64,000 nucleotides of DNA, taken from contig NC_057752.1 in assembly GCF_004010195.1 (NCBI RefSeq), positions 5,837,904 through 5,901,903 on the forward strand, in the 5' to 3' direction. Positions 38,446 through 48,959 of this stretch are shown here, piece after piece (the stretch's first letter is position 1; each line of letters starts with the position of its first letter). Origin of the DNA: Chiloscyllium plagiosum. Its lineage: Eukaryota. Position numbers and translations under genes: made by a program. The notes under the pieces are model-generated. The model saw only the letters and a program-made list of their open reading frames with translations. It ran no database searches and was not told the origin of the DNA.

Positions 38446-39829
38446 ACACAACCTTCCCAAGGGAAATAGAAATGGGTCATAAATGGTGACCTACCCAGTG
38501 ACGTCTGCATCCCAAGACTGAATAACAAAAATCTACCCAGAGCATGACGCATGCCATCTAATGGACAACATCAATGTCTACATGATTATTCCTGAAACTA
38601 TCACAAATTATTTTGGCACCAGTGAGCTTTCTCATCTCAGTTTTGCCATTGAAATTCATATTGCCCATCTTTAGCTGGACTTTTCTTTCGGCGCCAGGTT
38701 ATCTTTGCATCATGTCACGGTAAATGTATTTCCTTGGGAAATCAGTACCTGCAGAAAGCACAAAGGGCCACATTTGATCACTTGTCTGTGCCCTGGAAGA
38801 TTATTCTCTGGAATAAGGCAGAGAGCTGGAACCCAGGGCCAGTCAGCGTATGCAGCAGAGGGATGGAGGCAAATTGAAGACAAGTGGCAAAAATGGGGCA
38901 TGAATGTCAATGTTGGATCAGCTGAAGGGATATGCCTTCTTTTCAGGATGTCATCTGCATTACAAAAACAAACCCCTCAGCCAGCCAGGGATACATTACA
39001 AAGTGTGAGAGGATACTTCATTGAATTTGAGCTTGTATGAGCACTTGTATTTGTCCCATCAATGTCCATAATGGCCTCAAACCATCTTTGGACTGAATGC
39101 CTCTCTGTAATCGACTCCTGACTAGTGGCCATCTCTTGTTGTCAACACCTTTAGTGGCATTGAGTGTTGTACTCACAGGGTTAATATTTTAAGTCTAAAT
39201 GTCTCCCTTTGAAGCTGGGAGTGAGTAATGGAATGCCATAAACATGACACATGGGGCCCCAGAGGCTGTTTCAGCTCTTCCAGCTGTTTGATCTTTCAAA
39301 TTTACCTGTGGTTAGGATCAGGCTCACACAACTGTGGGAATGCCATCACACAGCCTGCTGGATATGAATACAAATTGCTTTTGATTATCAGAGGGGGAGA
39401 AGGTGGTTAAAATGTGAAGTTCAGCCCTTTGTTTCCAGCCAGCCCCTTCTGCATTTTAATGCTTGCTGTCAGTTTTTGCAGGAAGCTTACAGATCAGAAT
39501 CTCCTTCCCATTGCCCTGGAACACTCAGATTGTGTTAATAATTAAAACTAATGCAGGAAGGACTCAGCATACATTTAATTACATCAAAATCCAACCTATC
39601 ACTCTTAGGTGATAGCACTTTAACAGGGCTCATATCTTTCCAGTGATTGATGTTATCTTGCATACAAACTTGCTGTCTTTCAAGACCATAAGGAATTATA
39701 CACCCTCTATATCTAGCTGCTTGACTGATCAATTGCCCAGTGTCCCACATCTTCTGCTGTTGGACCTCTGCATTCCTCCCTCTGCAGATTCTGACCAATG
39801 AATCCACCATTCTATCCCCAAATGAAATA

Positions 39830-40047
39830 CAGGTCATTTTATTATAACGTGCATTTTGTTAACACAAATTCACTATAACACGATTGACGAATTGGGGACA
39901 CTGTTTCTACAAAGCAAACTTTTAAAGCATATGTTGGTTATAACACCATTCTGGCCCATTAGTTTAAATGGTGCTGCTATTATACAATTTTCTTACAACA
40001 CAGGATTGCATGAGAACGAAACTACCGTGTTATAGCAGAACTCACTG
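39830..40047. mobile_element. Tc1/mariner (pogo/Tigger-like) MITE
   Basis: TA on both sides; imperfect TIRs CAGGTCATTTTATTATAAC vs CAGTGAGTTCTGCTATAAC. Confidence 0.6.
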
Positions 40048-40675
40048 TACGCAGAAACTGCTTTTACTTTGGAAGGCATGTTGGGGATTACTTGAAAAGG
40101 GGCAATTGTCGTGGCTATGAAGAAAGAATGAGCCAGTGGGGCTAATTGGATAACTCCTCCAAAGAACTCCTCCAATGGCCTCCTGAAGCGCTGTATCATT
40201 CTGTGACGCAATTAGTTTATTTTAACAGTTTCACCTATTTAATCTTATCTCAAAGAATGCCTTTACAGCACTGTCAATGGGATTTCAATGCAGTCTAATG
40301 TATAGTTGGCTCACTATTTTCTCATATGTTTGCTGATAAGTCAATGACGACTGAACTCCTGTAATCATTGAAGTGCTTTGAGACATGGTGAAGCATTTGT
40401 GTAAGCGAAAACTCTTTTTTCTGTTCTACTAAAAACAACCTGAACTTCTTCTCCAGATTCTGAAGAAAGCATTTGGAAATTCCTAACAGTGGGTGATGTG
40501 CTGGCAGATGCAGAGATAGGAGCAATTTCAGTTAATTAACCAAGATTACAAAAGAACCACATTGATATAACATCAAAGTACAACAAAGTAATTTCTTTCA
40601 TAGTATATATCTTCACCTTACAATAACACCGGTTGAAAGGAGCATGATAACTTTGAACAAATCTTATTTAGTATA

Positions 40676-40766
40676 CAAAAACAGAAATTGCTGGAAAAGT
40701 TCAGCAGGTCTGGCAGCATCTGTGGAGAGAAATCAGTGTTAACATTTTTGGTCGAGTGACCATTCC
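40676..40766 (-). mobile_element. PLE family D terminus, single arm
   Basis: ACAGAAATTGCTGGAAAAG.TCAGCAGGTCTGGCAGCATCTGTG; TTAGTATA direct repeat at 40668-40675 and 40767-40774. Confidence 0.7.
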
Positions 40767-40789
40767 TTAGTATAACTTGATTCAGAATT

Positions 40790-41660
40790 CTCTACTTGTG
40801 AAAACGTTGTGGATTCAAGTCCCACTAAAAGTTGTTGAGCACTAAATCCAGGCTGACCCTCCAGTGCAGTAGTGAGAGAGTGCTGCACTGTCAGAGGTAC
40901 TGCCTTTTGGAAGAAACATTAAAACTGATGTCCCTGCCTGCCCTTAGACAGAGATGCAAAAGATTTCATGAAGGTTCCAAGAAGAGAAAAGGCCTTCTCC
41001 CCGGTCTCCAGGCCAATATTTGTCCCTCAATCAACATCAAAAAAACAGAATATGTGGTCATCATCACATTTGTGGAGCTCGCTGTATGCAAATTGGCTGA
41101 TGTGTTTCCTACATTAAAACAGCGACAACACTTCAAAAGGGGAGAGGCTGAACAGGCTGGGGCTGTTTTCCCTGAAGCGTCAGAGGCTGAGGGGTGACCT
41201 TGTAGAGGTTTACAAAATTATGAGGGGCTTAGACATGGTAAATAGGCAAAGTCTTTTCCCTGGGGTTGGGGAGTCCAGAATTAGAGGGCATAGGTTTAGG
41301 GTGAGAGGGGAAAGATATAAAAGGGACCTAAGGGGCAACGTTTTCACACAGGGGGTGGTACATGTATGGAATGAGCTGCCAGAGGAAGTGGTGGAGGCTG
41401 GTACAATTGCAACATTTAAAAGGCATTTGGATGGGGATATGAATAGGAAGGGTTTGGAGGGATATGGGCCGGGTACTGGCAGGTGGGACTCGGCAGATGG
41501 GACTAGATTGGGTTGGGATATCTGGTCGGCATGGACGGGTTGGACTGAAGGGTCTGTTTCCATGCTGTACATCTCTATGACTCTATATTGCATTGTCTGT
41601 AAGTCAGTTTGGAATGTCCTGAGGATGTGAGAGGTGCTAGAGGAATACAAGTCTTTCTTT
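40790..41660 (+). mobile_element. SacSINE1-like DeuSINE split by a CR1 insertion
   Basis: Deu-domain GAGTGCTGCACTGTCAGAGGT..; CCAATATTTGTCCCTCAATCAACATC; tail resumes after 41587. Confidence 0.7.
41139..41587 (+). mobile_element. CR1 (HER1-like) 3' fragment
   Basis: ORF 41220-41630 CR1 motifs; CTCTATGACTCTAT tail. Confidence 0.93.
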
Positions 41661-42579
41661 TCGTTGAGAAAATATGCCCATTTCTATTTTCTCTAAATGG
41701 TGATGATGTTTTACTGCCATTTTTAACAGAAATATTGAATTATATACTTGATTAGTGGACACAGGTTGATATCCTAGATCTTACTTTCCAACATAATGCA
41801 TAATGTTCCACAGTCCATGGAGAGCTTGATAACTCCAATTGGACATCTAGAATTGAGAGGTGAATCAGGCCCTCATATCACTCAATAATTATCTGTTTAA
41901 CATTGTTATCTTTAATATTGCTTTAAAAAAAGACACAAATTCAAAACTTTTCATTGGACACAAAAAAATTGAACTTGAAAGAGAACACCAATTTATAACA
42001 CATGAGAAATGGGTGCTGACTGATTGGATAATGACTGGCATGGAGATGTAGCAGGAACCGTTAACAGTGAATCTTACTTACCCTATTAAACACAGGCCAG
42101 GCAAATCAAAACCCAACTCTGCCTGGTCTTATTCAATCATCAATGATTAATCCCCACTCGAACTGCCTGCCAACGACATGTGATGGAATGATTTGCAGGT
42201 TGATACTCGAACTATTTGGCTGCGTTATGAATGTATCTGCCTGGGCTGTCAAGTCCTGGAGTTCGACTCAATCCCATAGCTTCTGGCTCAGAGGCACATC
42301 TTTCCAAATTGTACTGACCATATATGTGCATAACCCTACACAAACAGGCACTCAGTCATTTTACAGAGTAGCCTCAAAGATGTGAAGAAAGGAACTGCTC
42401 TGTCATTCCATGGTAAAAGGTCAGAGCAGAATATGATCACTCCTGTGATAAGAGCAGATATGCCATAAGGAAAGCATTTGAACTTATTCAAGGGATAGTT
42501 TCAGTTATTACATACTTTGTGTATGTGAATATAGCTGTAATTATTTACTTATCCCTTACACAAAAGTACTATGGACAGT

Positions 42580-42785
42580 GGAAATCGGAAATAAAACCAG
42601 AAGGTGCTGGAAATCAGCAGCTTTGCCAGCATCTGTGGAGAGAGAAAAACAGAGTTCACATCTCAGGTCAATGACCTTTCAGTGACACCCACCAGAACTT
42701 TCGCATGGCAAGTCACAGACCAGAAACGTGAACTCTGTTTCTCTTTCAACAGACACTTGCAGACCTGCTGAGCATTTCAAGTAAT
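42580..42785. mobile_element. Degenerate PLE family D hairpin
   Basis: AGAGAAAAACAGAGTTCAC / GTGAACTCTGTTTCTCT inverted arms. Confidence 0.6.
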
Positions 42786-44085
42786 TTCCATTTTTACACC
42801 CATTGCCCTTGTCTTCAAGGTGGAGGTGGTCATGGGTTCAGAAGGTGCTATCGGAAAAGCCTTCATGAGATTCTGTAGGGAATTTTGTCTGGTATACACT
42901 GTTGCCACTGTGTGTAGGTGGCGAAGGGAGCTGATATTTAAGTATGGCTTTCTCTTCATAAATTGCACATCCTTATGAAGGATTAACTGAATGAATGTAA
43001 TGGGTCTTTCCGTTCACTGACCTCCTCATATTAAATTACTGTAGGATAATACTTCACATTCTCATGCATTATGAAGCATTTCAGTTTTATATACTCGCAT
43101 CCAATGTGAAATGATTGCCTCATTTTGACCTTTGGTTACAAATTCAGAAACCTGGTCACTTCAGGTTGCACTATGTCGACAGCAATCAACCTCTATGACT
43201 ACAGACTCAGGAAAGCCTAAATTCTTGTGTCGGTCCAGTCACCTCTTTTTCAAGATAAATTCTAGTTTCTCAAGTCATCCGCTGTAAGTGAATAGGTGGG
43301 GATTATCTCTTCAAAAATCTCCATTACTGCAGTTCTGACATAACCCCAAGAATGTTAGCCATATTTCCTAGAGACTTCAAATATACCTATTGTGCAACAA
43401 TTCCCAACTGTCGTGAATGTAGCACTTTGACATTGCTTTTCTTGTATTCAATTCTACACAGTATGCACACAATGGCTTGAGCTCTCTTCTGACCCTTTCA
43501 ACTCTGACCTTTTAACCTGACACCCACTTCTTGCTCTTCATTGCAGGGGTGTATGATCATTTCTGTCCCTCCAATAAGGTCACATCTCACGACGACTCAC
43601 TGCCACCTTCACAAGGGCAGCTAGGGATGGGCAATAAAAACTGGTCTTGCCAGTAAGACCCACATCTCATGAATGAGCTTTTATTTTAAAATACAAAATG
43701 ACACAAGGTGATACATACACATCTTTAAATAACTTAATGCACTCAAGTGGATCTTGTTAATTAAATCAATCTCTTGCGGAAATACTTCTTTCCGGTCTGC
43801 CAGTTTATAACTTTTGAGGGTCCAATAAAAATATTATAAAACATCTTACATTTCACAGCGACCAGAATTTCTATGCACTTTACAGCCAACAAAGTACTTC
43901 CTGAAGTGTCGTTAGCTACTGATGTAATGTCGGAATCGTGGCAGCCAGCATTGGTTGAGCATTTCTAATTACTCCTAAATTGAGCGGCTCACTCAGCCAT
44001 TGTAGAGGGCAATTAAGAGTCAACCACATTGCTGTGGGTTTGGAGTCACATGTAGGCCAGTCCAGATTTCCATTCCTAAAGGCAT

Positions 44086-44929
44086 TCTTTGCATTCTTCT
44101 GAAGTTTTGGTTGTAGACTGTTTTAAAACCAAGGATTGTGGAAGGGATTGCTGCACCATTTTTAAAAAGCAAATTACTGAAACTCATTGCAAATGGTGTC
44201 TGCCCTGTTGTTTTGCTCAAGCACAAAGTGAGATTTGGCTGGCAACAAGTAGCTGATTGGTTGTGGGACTCGTGACCAGGTGGAGATGACAAAGGCCATG
44301 TGCCTACCAACAATGATATGATTGGCTCCTGAGTAGCTGAAGAGCATGTCTGTGAGAACAATATTGCCAGAAGCCTTTGGGCCTTTGGAAGGGAGGGGGT
44401 GTGTTTCTGCAGTAGAAGATGTCTGAAGCCTAAAGCAAGCCAGTTTATCTTCCCTCACCTGTTGTTGTAAAATTTTGCTTTTACCCAATGTCAGAGACAT
44501 TGTCACTTGTGAACCAGTCACTCTGTATCTCATGAAAGGAAATAAAAGGTACTTGGAGAAGAGCCAATGATCACAAAAGGATGATCTCAGTGAACCCTCT
44601 CGAGAGGAACCATTGCCTTGCTGGCTTTTGCCTCCACCCATAACAGCAATACTTTTGTCTGTCTGTGTATGTCTTTGTGTGTGTATATAAAAGGGTTAGA
44701 GTATTAAATAGTGTCAACGGTTCATAGTCAGTTACTTATAGCTTGAACGGGTTTATTTGTTAAACTTGTTTGTTTGTCCTTGTTAAGTACAGAAATCTAG
44801 TCCATATTCTGTTAACATGGGTCTACAAAGAGAGATAAATTGAGGACTTTGTATATTTTGATAAAATCTTTTAACCTTTGTGAGGACTAGGAAGACTTGA
44901 TTTCTAGCATGCTGCCCCAGTGAGGCGTG
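44086..44929. mobile_element. Probable LTR remnant inserted in a second-family SINE (44000-45110, minus strand)
   Basis: The SINE is interrupted and resumes at about 44930; the insert ends GTGACA and contains TATATAAAAG. Confidence 0.4.
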
Positions 44930-45294
44930 ACAACAACAATTAATGATTGTTGTCATGGTAACCATTACTGAGACTAGCTTTTAATCCCAAATTTATTAAT
45001 TGAATTTAAATTCCACCAGCTGCTACGGTGGTATTTGAACCCATGTGCCCAGAACATGAGCTTCGGTCTCTGGGCTATTTCCTGCAGCAACATCACCACT
45101 TTGCCACCTTCTCTCCAATGAGCAGCTAATCTGATTTTGTTATTCGAATGAGGGATAAGTACTGACCTAGAAACTTGCAAGAACTCCACTGCTCTTCTTG
45201 GCATTGTGCCATGAGCAGGCAAACAGGTTAAATGAAGTGTATGTCCTCATAGCAACAGACATACACGATACAGGATGGATCAGCATCATAATTG

Positions 45295-45425
45295 TGAAGA
45301 AGTCACTGGACTCAAAACGGTAACTCTACATTCTCTTCACAGATGATGCCAGACCTGCTCAGTTTCTCTGGCAATTTCTGTTCTTGTCTGTTTCAGATCT
45401 TCAGCATTTGCAGTTATTTATTTTC
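45295..45425 (+). mobile_element. PLE family D terminus with decayed hammerhead
   Basis: TGAAGA-AGTC-actg-GACT-CAAAACGGTAACT..CACAGATG.TGCCAGACCTGC. Confidence 0.65.
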
Positions 45426-45709
45426 TTATATCAACATGATAGGAAGTGACGAATCACCACCCTGTAAGATATTAAAAGTTACTCTGTATGCCAGCTCCTT
45501 ATCTGGGCATCAGTATGACTCAGAACCCATGTCAGAAGCCACACACTTTAACCACTAGAAGAAGCTTTTAAAGCTGTAGATTTCCAACATGCTTTGTCTG
45601 TGTACAAGACCAGAGAAGGTCCAGGTGTGTCTCATGAAAGGCTTGGTGGTGAGCAGAATTCATGGATGGAAGGATCACCCCTGACAACAGCTGACTGAAT
45701 AATGTGTGA

Positions 45710-45932
45710 GAAAGTGAGCACTGCAGATGCTGGAGATCAGTCGAAAAGTGTGGTGCTGGAAAAGCACACCAGGTCAGGCAGCATCCAAGGAACAGGAGAA
45801 TCGATGGTTCGAGCATAGGTTCGATGAGCATAAGTTCATTTCTGTTGAAGAGCTAATGCTCAAAACGTCGATTCTCCTGCTCCTCGGATGCTGCCTGACT
45901 GGCTGTGCTTTTCCAGCGCCACACTCTTCGAC
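45710..45932. mobile_element. PLE family A hairpin insertion
   Basis: Inverted arms; 16-bp TSD (14/16 match) at 45694-45709 and 45933-45948. Confidence 0.82.
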
Positions 45933-46006
45933 ACTGAATACTGGGTGAAACAGGGTGAGAATGTCACGGTCAAGGGAACCAACCCAAAATAGAACATGTA
46001 CATGAA

Positions 46007-46218
46007 AACCGAAAAAACTACTGATGCCGTAAATCAGAAACAACATCAGACATTGCTGGAAAAGCTCAGCAGGTCTGGCAGCATCTGTGAAGAGAAATCA
46101 GAGTTAATGTTTTGGCTCCAGTGACGAGAAAAGGTCACCAGACCCGAAACATTATCTCTGATTTCTCTTCACAGATGCTGCCAGACCTGCTAAACAACTT
46201 CTGTTTTTGTTAGTGTTC
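46007..46218. mobile_element. PLE family D hairpin insertion
   Basis: Inverted arms; 15-bp TSD GAACATGT(A/C)CATGAA at 45992-46006 and 46219-46233. Confidence 0.82.
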
Positions 46219-46236
46219 GAACATGTCCATGAATTG

Positions 46237-46575
46237 TTTAGAATCCCTACAGTGTGGAAACAGGCCATTTAGCGCAGCAAGTCCACACTAACTCTCTGAG
46301 CAGCATCCCACCCAGACTCACACCCCTACTCTAGCCCTGTACCTCTGCATTTCCCATGGCTAATCCACCTAATCTACACATCCCAGGACACTATGGGCAA
46401 TTTAGCATCCACCTGACCTGCACATTTTTGGATTGTGGGAGGAAACCAGAGCACCCAGAGGAAACCCACGCAGACACGGGGAGAATGTGCAAACTCCACA
46501 CAGACTGTCACCTGAGGCAGGAATTGAACTTGGGGCACTGTGAGGCAACAGTGGTAACCACTGAGCCACTGTGCC
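46237..46575 (-). mobile_element. HE1-like V-SINE
   Basis: Reverse V-domain and tRNA head. Confidence 0.88.
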
Positions 46576-46829
46576 AACAGGATAGGTTTGGAGGGATATT
46601 GGCAGGGAGCAGGCAGGTGGAACTAGTATAGTTTGGGATTATATTTGACTGGTTGGACTGAAGGGTCTGTTTTTGTGCTGGATGACTGTGTGTGGAAACA
46701 ATCGAGAGGTGTTTTGGAGTATTACTGGATGAACATTTGTGGGACAAAGTGAGTTCTGCAGTTTTCCTCACAATATTATTGGGGTTGAGTAGAGTCCCTG
46801 ATAACTTATGATTGGTCTTTGCACAACTC

Positions 46830-47110
46830 AAATCCTGCCATGGCAGGTGATGGAATTTGAATTGAATAAAAAAGGAAACTGGAATGAAGAATCTAATGAT
46901 GATAATGAAATTGTTGCTGATTGTTGGAAAATGCACCTGGTTCATGAATGTCCTTTAGGTAAGGAAGCTACCATCCTTACCTGATCTAGCCTATGTGTGA
47001 CTCCAGACCCACATCAATGTGGTTGACTCTTGATTGCCCTCTGGGCTATTAGAGATGGACAACAAATGTTGGCACAGCCAGTGATGCCCCCATCTCGTGA
47101 ATGAATTAAA
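46830..47110 (+). mobile_element. Second-family tRNA SINE
   Basis: Homologous to 31010-31345. Confidence 0.72.
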
Positions 47111-47393
47111 AAGAATGTTTTCTGAATAAGCTGAAGACATGGTTAGAGGACGCAGTGGGTCAGAATCTCAACCTTTTACATTAGGGATCTGGTTTCCTAT
47201 AGTTAAAGTTTTCCCTGGCAACTTGAAGCAACATATATCTGTTGGCCTGCTGTCTGAACCATTAAAGGGAACACAGGAACAAAAGAAGGCCATCAGCCCC
47301 TCAAACCAGTTCTGACATTCAATGAGATGATGGCTGATCTGTGCCCTAACTTCATGTCTTTGCACCCCCCCCCCCCCATATCTGTACTATCTG

Positions 47394-47607
47394 CTGGGTA
47401 TTATAGAGGAGGCAAAGTATAACCAGTCAGATCACTCTGCCATCTCTGGGGCAAGAAAGAAATAATTTAAACTTGGGCTCTTTCAACATGCTGTGCAGTA
47501 CTGGGTATTATAGAGGTGGCAAAGTAAAACCAGTCAGATCACTCTGCCATCTCTGGGGCAAGAAAGAAATAATTTAAACTTGGGCTCTTTCAACATGCTG
47601 TGCAGTA
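47394..47607. repeat. Tandem duplication, 2 x 107 bp
   Basis: 47394-47500 vs 47501-47607, two mismatches seen. Confidence 0.95.
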
Positions 47608-47771
47608 AAAATTGCAACCTCGAATGCTTTTAATTGGACATACACTTAACCCTCAGAGAAAATATGTAAAAGCCCTGCCAGAACCACCAATGTTTATAAG
47701 GGTGACTAACCGGAAACTAAAGGCATTCAGCATTTCTCTGCAGAATAGCCAGCACATTATTCTGACTAGAG

Positions 47772-48197
47772 CAGTCAGGTTGCAGTCTGAGGAAGTGTCA
47801 CCAGACTCGAAACGTTAACTTTGATTTCTCTTCACAGATGCTGCCAGACCTGCCGAGCTTTTCCAGTAACGTCTGTTTCTGTTTTAGGTTGCTGTCTGCT
47901 TTGAATAATGTAAGAGATTAGTTCAGCCTGCAATATAATAACACCCAGTTGAAACAGAGCTGCGAACAGTCAGGTTGCAGTCTGAGGAAGTGTCACCAGA
48001 CCCGAAACGTTAACTTTGATTTCTCTTCACAGATGCTGCCAGACCTGCCGTTTGATTTCTCTTCACAGATGCTGCCAGACCTGCCGAGCTTTTCCAGTAA
48101 TGTCTGTTTCTGTTTTAGGTTGCTGTCTGCTTTGAATAATGTAAGAGATTAGTTCAGCCTGCAATATAATAACACCCAGTTGAAACAGAGCTGCGAA
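47772..48197 (+). repeat. Tandem duplication (195-bp unit) containing the PLE family D terminus and hammerhead
   Basis: 47772-47966 vs 47967-48197; the second copy has an extra internal 36-bp duplication. Confidence 0.93.
47784..47820 (+). ncRNA. Minimal hammerhead motif (family D); second copy at 47979-48015
   Basis: AGT-CTGAGGA-A-GTGTC-acca-GACTC-GAAACGTTA-ACT; one stem II mismatch. Confidence 0.65.
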
Positions 48198-48744
48198 TTT
48201 CGATGGATTTCAATGAATTTCAACAGCGCAGAGTAGGTGTATCATTTAGTGTTGTGACAATCACGTGAATTTTACAAGGAAACACTTGAACTTAAAGTAA
48301 ACTAAAATCATTTTCTGACAGACTTGCAGGAATTAATTTTCCAGCTCCAAATGATTTCCAACGATCGAAAATGACCAACTTTAGTCAAATCCATTACCTA
48401 GCAAACTATATGCTGTAACTTGGCATTGAAGATGCCCAATTAGGCCTTTTGTGCTATGCAATACAGAAATCCACAAACCTCATCCCAGAATTCAACTTTT
48501 AATTGCCCACCTGATTAAATAATCCCCTTAACCCAGGTTGTTGCTGGGATTTTCTCTCTTGATCTTCTTGCCAATGATCGGAATCACACTTGGAATCACA
48601 AAGAGGTCTAGATATAGAAACCAAAAAGGGCTTGCTGTTGTTCCTCAGGTGTCCATTCAAGTTGGGCCTACCAGTCCTGGTGAACAGAACATTGGCCAAG
48701 TTGTAACCAGTGATGTCAGCAGTCAGAAACTTTAAGAAATAATA

Positions 48745-48945
48745 AATAAAAGCAAAATACTGCAGATGCTGGAAATCCGAAATGAAAACACAAATTGTTA
48801 GAGAAACTCAGCAGGTCTGGCAGCAAACGTGGAGAGAGAAACTGGGTTAATGTGTCGAGTCCAATGTAACTGAACAGCCAAACAAGGATCATATCGGACT
48901 GGAAATGTTAACTCTGTTTCTCTTTCCATAGATGCTGCCAGAGCT
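48745..48945. mobile_element. Degenerate PLE family D hairpin
   Basis: TCTGGCAGCA..GGAGAGAGAAAC..GTTAA / TTAACTCTGTTTCTCTTTCCA..TGCTGCCAGA. Confidence 0.65.
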
Positions 48946-48959
48946 AGAGAGCAAGAGAG

